Positions 21,844 through 35,361 of a DNA stretch of 64,000 nt are shown in pieces. The stretch's first letter is position 1. Each line of letters begins with the position of its first letter. Source of the DNA: Scyliorhinus canicula (taxonomy: Eukaryota); assembly GCF_902713615.1 (NCBI RefSeq), contig NC_052152.1, positions 85,821,228-85,885,227 on the forward strand. Direction: 5' to 3'. The translations under genes and the position numbers were made by a program. Under the pieces are notes generated by a model. That model had not been told where the DNA came from, made no database searches, and saw only the letters and a program-made list of their open reading frames with translations.

Positions 21844-24260
21844 GAACAAAGAAAAGTACAGCATAGGAACAGGCCCTTCGGCCGTCCAAGCCTGAGCTGA
21901 CCATGCTGTCCTTCGAGCCTAAAACCGTCTACACTTCCGGGGGCCATATCCATTGAAACCCATCTTATTCATGTATTTGTTGCCCCTTAAACGTCACTTT
22001 CATATCTGCTTCCACCAACTCCTCTGGCAGCGAGTTCCAGGCACCCGCTATCCTCTGTGTAAAAAAACTTCACTTGCACATCTCCTCTAAACTTTGCCTC
22101 TCACACCTTAAACCTATGTCCCCTAGTAATTGGCTCTTCCGCACTGGAAAAAAGCTTTTGACTATCTACTCTGTCCATAGCCCTCATAATCTTGGAGACT
22201 TCTATCAGGTCACCCCTTAACCTCTGTCATTCCAGTGAGAACAAACCAAGTTTATCCAACCTCTCCTCATAGCTAATGCTCTCCACACCAGGCAACATCC
22301 TGGTAAATCTCTTCTGTATCCTCTCCAAAACCTCCATATCCTTCTGGTAGTGTGGCAGCTAGAATTGAACACTATATTCCAAATATGGCCCAACCAAAGT
22401 TCTGTATAGCACCTGCATGACTTAACTATTTCTATACTCAGTGCATCGCCTGATGAAGGCAAGCATGCCATATGCTTTCTTGACTATCTTCTTGACCTGC
22501 GTTGCCACTTTCAGTGATCTGTGGTCTTGTATACCCAGATCCCTCTGCCTGTCTGTACTCTTAAGGGTTATGCCCTATATTGTATATTTCCCACTTGTAT
22601 TGCACCTTCCGAAATACATTACCTCACATTTGTCCGGATTAAACTCCATCTGTCATCTCTCGGTCCAAGTCTCCAATCGATCTATATCCTGCCATATCCT
22701 CCGACAGTCCTCATCACTATCTGCAATTCCACCAACCCTTGTGTCATCCGCAAACTTACTAATCAGACCAGATACATTTCCCTCCAAATCATTTACATAT
22801 ACTACAAACAGCAAAGATCCCAGCACTGAACCCTGTGGAACGCCACTAGTCATAGCTTCCATTCAGAAAAACACCCTTCCACTGCTACCCTCTGTCCTCT
22901 ATGACCGAGCCAGTTCTGTATCCAACTTGCCAGTTCACCTCTGATTCCATGTGACTTCACATTTTATATCAGTCTGCCATAAGGGACATTGTCCGTGTAG
23001 ACAACATCCACTGCCCTACCTTCATCAATAATCTTCATTACTTCATTGAAAAACTCGATCAAGTTAATGAGACATGACCTCCTCTTCACAAAACCATGCT
23101 ACCTCTTGCTAAAACGTCCATATGCTTCCAAATGAGAGTAAATCCTGTCTTGCAGAATCCTCTCTAATAATTTCCCTTCCACTGACGTCAGGCTCACCAC
23201 CCTGTAATTACCTGTATTATCCCTGCTACCCTTCTTTTTGTCTCTTTTTTTAAATACATTTTGAGTACCAAATTCTTTTTTTTCAAATTAAGGGGCAATT
23301 TAGCATGGCCAGTTCATCTACCCTGCACATCTTTTTGGGTTGTGGAGATGAGACCCACACAAGCATGAGGAGACTGTGCAAACTCCACATGGACAGTGAC
23401 CCAGGTCCTCGGCGCCGTGAGGCAGCGTCACTGTGCTGCTCCTTACTACCATTCTTAAACAAAGGAACAACATTAGCGATTCTCCAGTCCTCTGGGGCTG
23501 CACCTATAGCCAGTGAGGATATTAACATTTCTGTCAAGGCCTCAGCAATATCCTCCCTTGCCTCGCTCAGTATTCTGGGGTTGATCCCATCAGGCTCTGG
23601 GACTTCTCTACATTAATGCTTTTCAAGATGCCCAACACCTCTTCCTTTTTGATCTCCATGTGACCCAGACTATCTACGCATTCTTCCCCAGACTTATCAT
23701 CCACCAAGTCCTTCTCTTTGGTGAATCCTGATGGAAAGTACACATTCAGTACCTTGCCCATTTGCTCTGGCTCCACGCATAGATTCCCTCCCCTGTCCTT
23801 GACTGGGAGACCCTTTTCCTGCCTAAAGCCTTGGGATTTTCCTTAATTCACCTTCAGTGACCTCTTTTAGCCCTCCTGACTCCTTGCTTAAGTTCCTTCC
23901 TACTTTCCTTATATTTTTCATGGGCTTCGTCTGTTCTCCGCCTTCTAGCCCTTACAAATGCTTCCCTTTTTCTTTTGGACTAGGCTCACAATATCCCTCA
24001 TTGTCTAAAGTTCCCGAAACTTGCCATACTTATCCTTCTTCCTCATAGGAGCATGCCGGTCCTGAATTCCTTCTTCCTCACAGGAGCATGCTGGTCCTGA
24101 ATTCCTTCTTCCTCACAGGAGCATGCTGGTCCTGAATTCCTTCTTCCTCACAGGAGCATGCTGGTCCTGAATTCCTATCAACTGACATTTAAAAGCCTCC
24201 CACATGCCAGATGTTGATTTATCCTCAAACATCCACCCCCAATCTAGATTCTTCTGTTCC
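21844..24260 (-). mobile_element. CR1 (HER1-like) LINE, 5'-truncated and decayed; SINE fragment at about 23285-23440
   Basis: GVPQGSVLG..KFADDT (22653-22862), PEDWRIANVVPLFK (23283-23537), CR1 3' UTR near 21850. Confidence 0.92.
24034..24175. repeat. 35-bp tandem repeat, 4 copies
   Basis: CCTTCTTCCTCACAGGAGCATGCTGGTCCTGAATT starting at 24034, 24069, 24104 and 24139. Confidence 0.92.
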
Positions 24261-25189
24261 TCTGTTCCTGTAATCGTGAGTGCACAGCTCATCGTGAGTG
24301 CATAGCACTCGGCACCAGCTACACAGCAAAAAGCTGAATAGATTGGGGGGGGGGGGGGGTAGGTGCGGTGGTGGAGGAAGAGTTTGAGGCACCCAACACG
24401 TTTCCTTTCTGGCAGCCTGTCCACTCATAAGTGAATGCAACCCCGTTCGCCAACTGTCTGTCACCACCTCACTCCCTCTCTGTTACTCACCATCACGGTG
24501 TCCTCTTGGCCGCAATACTGAAGTAAAATCCACAACAAAACCAACATCCCAAACCAACTTTAGCAAACAAACCATCTATTATTCCATACATCATCTTTGT
24601 GCGCCTCCTTTTCCGAGTGCTCCTATACAATGCTACCCCAGTGCGTGCAACATGACTGATGGGGGACTGCTCACCTTCAGTATCAGAGATTGAGCAGTTC
24701 GAAGCTTTGAGGGCTTGGCTTTGAGCTGCATTACCTTGGCATGGACAGCCGCTGTCTAACCAGCAAATCAGGGCACTGGTGGAGTACGAGTGGTCGCAGC
24801 ACGAGTGCTGTCATCCTGAGGGAGTACAGCCGGTGTGTGCTTAAAGCAGTGACTGCTGCTCCCTTGGTGGGAGCTCAGCAATCCTAGCAATGTATTGGAG
24901 GACAAATTGTTGGATTGCTATGACACCCTTTACCCTTTCAGCATTGGTATCTATAGGCATGATGGAAACCGTTTGAGCGTGAGTGACATCAAGCCGAGCT
25001 TTCACTGCAGTATTTAGTTATCTGGTGGCTTCTGTTTGTGTTACAATTAAAGCCAAGACATTAACCATCAGATCCTCTAATGGTTGAACTGCTGGCAGAC
25101 TGTGTGAGATATGAGATATGGGTGCTAAATGTTTGAGAGGGGTATGTAGCTATGAATTATCGGCATGAGCTGTGAATAATACTGATCAT

Positions 25190-27620
25190 TGGATTTTGGA
25201 TTTGGATTTGGATTTTGATTTGTTTATTGTCACACGTACAGGTACAGTGAAAAGTATTATTCTGCGCACAGATCAGACAGATCATTCCGTACATGAAAAG
25301 AAAGTACATAGGGTAAACAGAAAATACACATGGTAAATAAACAGACAAAGGCATCAGGTGTTGTACTACTCAGTAGAGAAGATGCGTGAGATCAGTCCAT
25401 AAGAGGGTTGTTTAGGAGTCTGGTAACAGCGGGGAAGAAGCTGTTTTTGAATCTATTAGTGCGTGTTCTTAGACTTTTGTATCTGCCCGAGGGAAGAAGT
25501 TGCAACAGTGAATAAGTCGGGTGGGAGGGGTCTTTGATTATGCTGCCCACTTTTCCAAGGCAGCGGGAGGTGTGGACAGAGTCAATGAATGGGAGGCGGG
25601 TTCATAGAATATAGAACATACAGTGCAGAAGGAGGCCATTCGGCCCATCGAGTCTGCACCGACCCACTTAGGCCCTCACTTCCGCCCTATCCCTGTAACC
25701 CAATAACCCCATCTAACCTTTTTGGACACTAAGGGCAATTTATCATGGCCAATCCACCTAACCTGCACGTCCTTGGACTGTGGGAGGAAACCGGAGAACC
25801 CAGAGGAAACCCACGCAGACACGGGGAAAACGGGCAGACTCCGCACAGATAGTGACCCAGTGGGGAATCGAACCTGGGAACCTGGTGCTGTGAAGCCACA
25901 GTGCTAGCCACTTGTGCTACCATGCTGCCCTAATTGTGTGATGGACTGTGCTGTGTCCACAAGACAGATTGTTCGTGGTGTGCACACCTAGGAATTTAAA
26001 GCTGTCAACCATCTCCACCTCGGCCCCGTTGATGCAGACAGGGGTGTGAACAATACTTTGCTTCCTGAAGTCAATGATCAGCTCTTTAGTTTTTCTGGCA
26101 TTGAGGGACAGATTGTTATCGTTACACCACTCCACTAGGTTCTCTAGCTCCCTCCTATATTTTGACACATCGTTGTTCGAGATCCGACCCACTAAGGTAG
26201 TGTCGTTGGCAAACTTGTAGATGGAGTTGGAGCCAAATTTTGCCATGTAGTCAAGTGTGTATAGGGAATATAGTAGGGGGCTATGTACACAGCTTTGCGT
26301 GGCCCCGGTATTGAGGACTATCGTGGAAGAGGTGTTGTTGTTTATCCTTCCTGATTGTGGTTTATGGGTCAGAAAGTCGAGGATCCAGTTGCAGAGTGAG
26401 GAGCCAAGTCCTAGGTTTTGGAGCTTTGATATAAACTTCGCTAGGATTATGGTGTTGACGGTGGAGCTGTAGTCAATAAATACGAGTCTGATGTAGGAGT
26501 CCCTGCTGTTGAGATGGGCCAGGAATGAGTGTAGGGCCAGGGAGATGGCGTCTGCTTTGGACCGGTTGAGGCAGTATGTGAATTGCAGTGAATGTAAACA
26601 TTCTGTATGGAGTTGATGTGCCTCATGACCAACCTTTCAAAGCACTTCATTATGATCGATGTCAAGGCGGCCGGATGATAGTTGTTGAGGCACGTTGCCT
26701 GGTTCTTCTTTGGCACCGGTATCATGGTGGTCCTCTTGAAGCAAGCGGGGACCTTGGAACGGAATAAGGAGAGGTTGAAGATGTCCGCGAATCCATCTGC
26801 CAGCTGGTCCACGCAGGATCTGATTGCATGACCAGGGACCCCGTCCCGATCTGTTGCCATCTGAGGGTTCACTTTCAAGAAGGCCGATCTGACTTCGGAA
26901 GCTGTGACGATGGTTATGGGTGTGCCTGGGGCTACTAGGGCAGTCGACAGCGGTTTGATGGTTTCCTATTCAAACCAAGCATAGAATGCATTGAGTTCAT
27001 CAGGGAAGGGTGCACTGTTGCTGGAGATTCTGTTCTGCTTCTCTTTGTAGCCCATTATGTTGTTTACATCTTGCCACAACCGACGAGAGCCTGTGACTCT
27101 AGCTTGGTCTGATATTGTGTCTTGGCATCCCTGGTGACTTTGCGGAGGTCGTACCTGGATTTCCTGTATAGGTCAGGGTCGCCTGACTTGAACCTGGCCT
27201 ACTGGCTTTCAGTAGGGAGTTAATGTCGCAATTGAGCCATGGTTTCCGGTTGGGGAACGTACGTACTACTTTCTTTGGCACTCAGTTGTCCGCACATTTA
27301 CTGATAAAGTCTGGGATGATGGTGGAATACTTGTTTAGGTTGGTCGCTGAGTCCTTAAATATGGACCAGTCCACTGACTCCAAGCAATCATGTAGGAACT
27401 CTTCTGCTGCCTTGGACCAGCCCTCCGAGACCATCTTAACCAGATTCTCCCGCTTAAGTTCTGCTTGTATGCGGGAGAAGGAGCATCGTCTTATGGTCCG
27501 ATTTTCCGAAGTGAAGTCGGGGGATGGATCAGTAGACGCCCTTGATTTTTGTGTAGCCATGGTCGAGATTGTTGTCACCCCTGGTGGGACAGGAGATGTG
27601 TTGGTGGTAGGTAATTGATG
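25190..27620 (-). mobile_element. Rex1/Babar-type LINE (end of EN plus RT), decayed
   Basis: DCLESVDWSIF, FPNRKPW, PACFKRTTMIPVPKK...ALTSIIMKCFERLV, KFANDTTLVGRI...LNARKTKELIIDFRK; (CCAAAT)n tail near 25195. Confidence 0.88.
25604..25931 (-). mobile_element. HE1-like SINE inserted in the Rex1 LINE
   Basis: Reverse-complement SINE head, core and tail interrupt the Rex1 ORF. Confidence 0.9.
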
Positions 27621-27679
27621 GTGTGTGAAGCCAGTATGCAGTTGGTGGGCATGTGCGATTTGAAGATCCATTCACTGAC

Positions 27680-27900
27680 CTTGACCATTGGTGAGTTCGG
27701 AGAACATTTTTGGTACTGCATCCAGGTCCTCGGGGACTACACTGGAGTTATTAACTGCCAAGGCTATCTGCTCCCACAACCTGTATAAAGATTGTCCGGA
27801 GACTCTTTTATCCCCCTGTGGATAGAACACCTCCTGCACCAAGGCCTCCAGTGCAGTGTTGGAATGTTTTGGAGCACACTTTCAGCCATGTTGTGCCATT
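27680..27900 (-). pseudogene. Myb/SANT-like ORF remnant of a Harbinger transposon
   Basis: My translation gives pieces such as PKHSNTALEALVQE, LWEQIALAVN and PRTWMQ, resembling the Harbinger Myb-like protein. Confidence 0.5.
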
Positions 27901-29054
27901 CTCAATTCTCATGTCAAAATCACCTTTAGAGTGATTCCCGCACCGGCTCTGGCCAAGGTGCTACTGCCCGTTTCAAGAGCTGCAGGTTGGTTTTAAATAG
28001 CGCAGGTTATGAACTTGTGTTAGCCTCGCACCATTTTGTGCCTCCCACTCAGGCATGCAGCCACTTACCAGCACGATTAGCATTGGCTGCACAATGTGAT
28101 CATTTCAAATGAACAGGCAGTCGGATGTTTGGGTGCATAGACGCCTTCACCAGAACAGGTTAATCACAAATCATGATTACCACACATGATTTCAGGTGTT
28201 GTGTAATTTCATTCGTCCGGACCCTGAACCAGGAAGTCTAAGTTAGAATAATGAATTCATTGTCAAATACTGTACAAAAAGCAAAACATAAACATCTTGA
28301 TAAGCCAGTGGAGGAGCAGGGCATCTTGTACTGCAGCTTCATGATTTTTCCATTTAATTGTGCATGGGTAGGCACTGTGAAGTTGTCGTCCAATTTTCTC
28401 TTTAATAACTGAGCGCTGCTAGAATTACTGTTATTTATTTCTACTGTAAAATCCGGGCCATTGCTATTCCATGAAAAAGTACTGCCTCCACTTTTAAATT
28501 AAAATTAAAAATAATATATGCAGCAAGCTTACCTACCTACAAGCTGATTTGCCGATAGATTGATTTGTCACATTTCTGAAGGTAAAATATGGGAAAAGAA
28601 CTGTTAAAAGATCACTAAAAACCTCCTCTTATTATATCGCTGGCCAAGCACACGATAAAAGGTTTCCATAAAGTACTCAGTGTGAAAACAAGAAAGCTTG
28701 TTCAAAAGCTCGCCATCTGCCTCCAGTTTAACAGCAGCGTGTGTGCGATGGAAGACAACAGTTGGGGCAGAGGAAAATAATATAACCCCCAATAGAATTG
28801 AACATAATTATGTTAATACAACCCTTGTAAATAATTTACTCTGAATGCGGTCAGGAACTGATCAGAGAGACTTACACTTATGTGGCAGTTTCGCCCAACT
28901 GAGCAATTGGATGTAAACATTGTAAACCTTGTCATTTTGTGTCTGGCATGGCAACTCAGTTCCTTCTGTTGCTTCCTGAGGGTTGTTTGGTTTTGCTCTT
29001 TTTACCTTTTCTATGACAGTTTAATACACAAAATATGTCAAAAAGACTTACACT

Positions 29055-29480
29055 TATATAACATAAGAACTAGGAGCAGAAGTATGCCAACGGCCCTTCG
29101 AGCCTGCTCCGCCATTCAATGAGATGGTGGCTGATCTTTGGTGGACTCAGCACCACTTTCCCATTCAAACACCATAGCCCTTTATTCCTTTATTCTTCAA
29201 AACATTATCTATCTTTATCTTGAAAACATTTAATGAAGGATCCTCAACTGCTTCTCTGGCCAGGGAATTCCATAGATTCACAACCCTTTGGGTGAAGAAG
29301 TTCCTCCTGAGCTCAGTCCTAAATCTACTTCCCCTTATTTTGAGGCTATGCCCCCTAGTTCTGCTTTCACCCGCCAGTGAACCTGCCCGTATCTATCCTA
29401 TCTATTCCATCATAATTTTATATGTTTCTATAATATCCTCCGCATCCTTCTAAATTCCAACGAGTACAGTCCCAGTCTAT
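29055..29480 (-). mobile_element. CR1 3'-end fragment
   Basis: Reverse complement of the CR1 ORF2 C-terminus and 3' UTR with an (AACATAAG) tail. Confidence 0.8.
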
Positions 29481-32400
29481 TGCACCTATTAAGACCTTAC
29501 GGTGTCCCAACGCATGATACAGCCAACAAATTCATTTTGAGGTGTAGTCACTCTTGCAATGTAGAAACGCTTGGGCAAGCAGTGGCTTTTTTAGAAAAAA
29601 TAATTTGTTCTTTATGTGTCCGGACCATCGGTGTGATCAGATTTTCTCGTGGAACACTAGCGATGTGTTTTGTATGAAATCATTCTTTCTTTGAGTATTG
29701 ATTTTCTCCACTAAGACATATGTTTGCCATCAGTTTAATTTTCTTCCTCCAAAACAATCCTTCACAAATTTGACATGTCTGTTTCCCAGTCATTGCTGCT
29801 TTAGTTTATTGCAATTCAGCTTCAGTATGGCGGCGTTGGGAAATGAGCCAGGGTTCCTGCTCCTGATTTCTACTTAGTGATTTGTGCAGTTAAGTGGACA
29901 TTAGGCAACAGATTGATGTCCTCCAGTTAAACACCCAGCCAGTACTTAATGTGAAAGGTCCCACATGAAGAACAGTCACTTGAGTGAACGACCGAAGGCC
30001 AGTTGGCGACTATAGAACCTATTCCAGCAAACATCTCCAGGATATGAGATGGGAAAATTGGACGGAGAAAGGATTTATTGAGAGGGTACAAGATATTTTT
30101 AAATTTGAAGGCAAGTTGACTGCCTCTTCAGACAAAGTAATGTTACAAATGTTATCTTTCCTGATGGTAATTACCAGGGTTACATATCAATTACATTATA
30201 GAAGGTTCAGTTTAGATGCACAGCTTTGACTATACAAAAAACAATTCTGGAGCTTAAGCAGAAAAATATTTAAATATATATGCCTCATTTAGTTTAATTG
30301 CTGCTTCCATTTAAGAGTATGCAATTGAAGGCCTGGCTAATCTAATTAAACTTAATTGGAATTTAATTGCTGCCTGGTGTAAGAAATAACTGTGAAGAGA
30401 CACTTGTTGTTGGTGATTTGGTACAAGGAAACCCATGCTTAATTACCTGTGGCATCACATGGAGAGGAATGGGTGTGAGTGATGAATCTGGATCTTGATT
30501 TATTTGATTTTTAAACCTTCCCCCCCCTACAAGTTGTTCTATGGTAAACTAACATGAATCTAAGTTGCCCATTTATCTTGCTTCAGTGTGCACTCAATAA
30601 GGCTACATGTAATTGATAAATAGTTCCCCTTATGGGAGAGAAAAATATTCTGTTGGTCTCTTCAGTTAAGTAGTAGCTCCTTCTAATTGATAAGAACTCT
30701 GGCAGAATTTGCAGGAATTGCCCAATTAGAGCAAGCTGATGTGGGAATCATGTTGCTCAGGAAGTACTCCAGAGCTTCTCAGCCTTGCGCTTGACTACAA
30801 ATATAAGCAGTTGCACCCTGTGATGTCTAGCTATGATCAGAGACTGAATAAAGTTTGGTTCCTTTCTCCAGTAAGTTAAAGTGATTTAATTGTGACATAT
30901 TTAAAATCATGTAGGACATTGACATGTCGACTCCAGTAGCTTAGTAATAAGTTACAGGTGGAGTAATCCTGAAGCCTGAGCTATTGATCCAGAGATACAA
31001 ACTCGAGTCTGACCACAGTATTAGAAAATTTTAAATGCAATTAAATAAATAAAATCAGGCTAGCATTAGTAATGGTGATCAAGAATCTTCCAGATTATCA
31101 TTCAATAATGTCCTTTAGAGGTGGAAATCTACCATCCTTTTCCAGTCTGGGCCTATATGTGGTTCTAGACCCTCAGCAATGTGTTTGACTCAACTGCCTT
31201 CTGAAATAGCCTAGAAAGCCACTCAGTTGTATCCAAGTTAGCTTCTCAAGGCATAGATGGATAAAATGCTGGCCTCCTTACCAGCGATACCGAAATAGTG
31301 TGAATGAATTCAACAGAAATAAACAAGGTCCCTCCAGTAGGGAAATCCAAAACAATGGGATGTGATCATGAAATCAGAATAAGGTGGTTAAAAATAAACC
31401 TCCTTAATACACAATGCATTCTGAGGCTATAGAAACACTGTCCCGGCAGGTCATAGGAAAAAGGGATCAGATGAGATGATTAAAGGTGATTGATACTTAG
31501 TTGGGAAGCAGTAAGATTAAAGAATGTGGAGTAAATTGAGAGATGAGAAGATTGAGCTGTCATGGCTAACAAAATGATAAGTGATTGCCTTGGCCTGTGT
31601 GTACATAATCTCAATTCTGAAAATCTCATCATAACTATAACAACAATGACAGCTTTAAACTGAAGAGTCCACTGGTTTAAGTTCAGGACATGATTTTTAA
31701 TAATCCAGTCAATAGTCTGACAAAACAGGAGAAATGTAATAATATATTGTTGCAGCTTTTCATCTCTATTTCTCTATTTTGCTGGTGATTTGACATAACT
31801 GTCAGCACTGAGCAGCACAAATCAAGCACTCCAGATTATTGAACAGATGTGCACATTGTGACACTGACACTGTCAAACCTTGGACCGTACACTCTGAATT
31901 AAATTTAAAAGTCTGGTTCAGCTTGCATTGTGTGAACAATGCATTATTTCTGCCTATTGCAATATATATTCCATAAACCCGCCTAGATGCACTCACTATA
32001 TCTCAAAGAAGAATTCTACTTGTCAGTGCTGTCACATTCTTCAACTTAAATGAGAACTAAAAAAAGCAATCAATTAATGAGCCTTCAAGCATCAACTAAT
32101 CTACTGGACTGAAATGCAAACAGTAACAGTAGCAACCATATAATCGCCTCATCTAGCAGGGGATCTCATCTGATATTCACTGATATTCATTCTGAATTCA
32201 CTGGTGGCGATGCTGCATTGCCACATTCAGGTTTAAATGCGCACAAACTATAGTTGTAAGCAGCCAGTTTAACTTGCACTGTGAATTTAATGAGAAAAGA
32301 TGCAATTACAAAATTAAAAAACCTCCAACAACTGTTGTGTTCTATGTGGTAATGATGTACACAGAACATCTAGTTCTTTAACTGGAAAGATGATTTATTA

Positions 32401-32685
32401 ACTATCACATGGAACGATAACTAACGAGCTATAATACAGACGATAACTAATAAATGATTTCAGTGGATTCTCCTGGAGCTACTCGAAATGCAACCAACCT
32501 CTTGTACGACTTACTACTAACTGGCGAGTGTCTAGAGTCACAAGATAGATCTCTCGCCACCAGCTTGTTGGAGGTTGCATCACTAACTATATACAGAACT
32601 GTACATAGGCATGTCACCACATCCCCCTTTCTCTGAAACTGTTAACATTTACAAACAAATGTAACAGTGTCTTACAAAACATAAT

Positions 32686-33692
32686 CAGTTACGAGTGGCG
32701 TACCACAAGGACCTGTTCTGGGGCCGTTGCTGTTTGTCATTTTTATAAATGACCTAGAGGAGGGCGCAGAAGGATGGGTGAGTAAATTTGCAGACGACAC
32801 TAAAGTCGGTGGTGTTGTAGACAGTGCGGAAGGATGTTGCAGGTTACAGAGGGACATAGATAAGCTGCAGAGCTGGGCTGAGAGGTGGCAAATGGAGTTT
32901 AATGTGGAGAAGTGTGAGGTGATTCACTTTGGAAAGAATAACAGAAATGTGGAATATTTGGCTAATGGTAAAATTCTTGGCAGTGTGGATGAGCAGAGGG
33001 ATCTCGGTGTCCATGTACATAGATCCCTGAAAGTTGCCACCCAGGTTGATAGGGTTGTGAAGAAGGCCTATGGTGTGTTGGCCTTTATTGGTAGAGGGAT
33101 TGAGTTCCGGAGCCATGAGGTCATGTTGCAGTTGTACAAAACTCTAGTACGGCCGCATTTGGAGTATTGCGTACAGTTCTGGTCGCCTCATTATAGGAAG
33201 GACGTGGAAGCTTTGGAACGGGTGCAGAGGAGATTTACCAGGATGTTGCCTGGTATGGAGGGAAAATCTTATGAGGAAAGGCTGATGGACTTGAGGTTGT
33301 TTTCGTTAGAGAGAAGAAGGTTAAGAGGTGACTTAATAGAGGCATACAAAATGATCAGAGGGTTAGATAGGGTGGACAGCGAGAGCCTTCTCCCGCGGAT
33401 GGAGGTGGCTAGCACGAGGGGACATAGCCTTAAATTGAGGGGTAATAGATATAGGACAGAGGTCAGAGGTGGGTTTTTTACGCAAAGAGTGGTGAGGCCG
33501 TGGAATGCCCTACCTGCAACAGTAGTGAACTCGCCAACATTGAGGGCATTTAAAAATTTATTGGATAAGCATATGGATGATAAGGGCATAGTGTAGGTTA
33601 GATGGCCTTTAGATTTTTTTTCCATGTCGGTGCAACATCGAGGGCCGAAGGGCCTGTACTGCGCTGTATCGTTCTATGTTCTATGTTCTATG
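32686..33692 (+). mobile_element. Young 5'-truncated CR1 LINE with an open RT C-terminal ORF (32727-33596)
   Basis: 289-aa uninterrupted ORF with KFADDTK, LYKTLVRPHLEYC and LFSLERRRLRGDLI; (GTTCTAT)n tail. Confidence 0.95.
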
Positions 33693-33819
33693 ATCTGCAT
33701 CATAATTTTAAACATGCCATAATAATAATGTGTACAAATGCAACTGTGCTTTACACAACATGATATGCCTGATAATATTATGCATGTCCCTTGTACACAG
33801 CTTATTGGATATTCACAAC

Positions 33820-35240
33820 GACATCATCCCGTTGGTCTTCTGAACTTTGATTGGCTACTCAATGCTGCTCTAACTTCCGGAAGACCAGTTTTCTGACTGG
33901 TCTTTTTTGCATCACCGACTTTTGTAGCCTTCTGACGTGATGCATCCTGAAGACCGGTTTTCTTGCTGGTCTTCTCTGCATCACCAGCTTTTTGTAACAT
34001 GATGCTTCCTATTTTGTCTTAGTGTGCTGATAAGCCATCAATGAACACACGACGAGTGGTGAACGTAACTGAGGCTTTAATAAACTAAACGGAAAGTCTC
34101 CTGGCCTCGGATCCCGAACTGAGGCAGCGGGAGAGACTAGCCACCTGTATACCAAGCCCCAGGGGAGGCGGAGCCGGCAGGCAGTGGTTTACCACATTAC
34201 ATATAATACAGTGGCAGTTTACCACAATACACATAATATATACTACAGTGGTCCGGCGCCAGCAGGGACAAGCCCAGGCATGTAACAGTACAACAGTACA
34301 ATACAATACAGTGGTTTACCACATGTACTTTCTTACCTGTTGGCCACATCGCCGATGCCTTCCTCTTTACTGTCGCGGCTGCTTCCTGATCGACCAACTG
34401 TATCTTCAACTCTTCTTCTCTTCCCCTTCCTTCATGGGAGGGATCCTCTAACGGCGTCTCCTTTTCTTTTTGATTTTAGCGGCATACTTCTTGCTGTTGG
34501 ACTCTGCCTTGGGACTAGTTGCTTCTGGTGCTTTTGCCATAGTCACTGCTTTTGGATCGTCTGCAGTACAAGCTGATTCTGGCTCTTCTGCCACCATGTC
34601 TGATTCCGGAGCCTTAGCTGGATCAAGGAGTTTTGGTTAATCCATGGTGCTTAAACTTGAATGCTGAACTGCGTGCCCATCACCTACTGAACCATCCAGT
34701 GTCGGCTTACTTTTAGATGATTGCGCCGTTGCATTTGAGTCTGCAACTTCAGGAGCGATCTGCAAATCCTCGCATTCCGGTATCTTAGTTGGATCAATGT
34801 TAGGCTTTCGTTCTCCACCTCGTGTTTTCACCTCAATTTGTGGCTCATCCTCACTTGATATGATGTGTGGTTCGTATTTTGTTGGGAAGCTGAGCAGTGG
34901 CTCATCCTCACCCGATATGACGATGCATGCTTTGTCTTTCGTTGTAGAACTGCATGCAGGTGTATCCATTTGCCCTTGCACGTCTTTTGGTGGAGAGGCC
35001 TTGAATATTGGGGTGTCCGTGACAGGAACCATTCTGTGGGCATGGGATGATTCATCGTACTGCCAAAATGGGGATTATTTCTTCAGTTATCAGTTGGCTG
35101 CTCACAGTTGATTTGCTCTCAACTGATGTATCTGCTGCTGCAATCTCTTTCAGCCTCTACACATATCACTTTAAAGGTTTCACACTTACCATTGTCCTGC
35201 ACAGATTGGGTGCTCCTTGTGATCACCTCATCACCGCCGC
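33820..35240 (-). pseudogene. Decayed low-complexity ORF inside the Mag-like element (SIM-like repeats, basic cluster, Lys-rich repeats)
   Basis: ORF 34637-35032 continues in frame past its TAA to KIKKKRRRR; internal repeats have periods of 57 and 69 bp, both multiples of 3. Confidence 0.5.
34028..34323 (-). mobile_element. Solo LTR nested in the Mag-like element
   Basis: TG...CA ends; flanks TGTGC / TGTAC (4 of 5 TSD match); three near-identical CAGTGGTTTACCACA-type motifs; ATTAAA on the minus strand. Confidence 0.7.
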
Positions 35241-35361
35241 AAAACTACCTGAATAGCATTTCATAGTCGTCCTCATCTGGCTCATCATCTGAGTCTCCAC
35301 TTCCCTCATTGAAATCATGGTCGTTGTAATTATCATTGTCGTAATCATCATCGGAGATATC

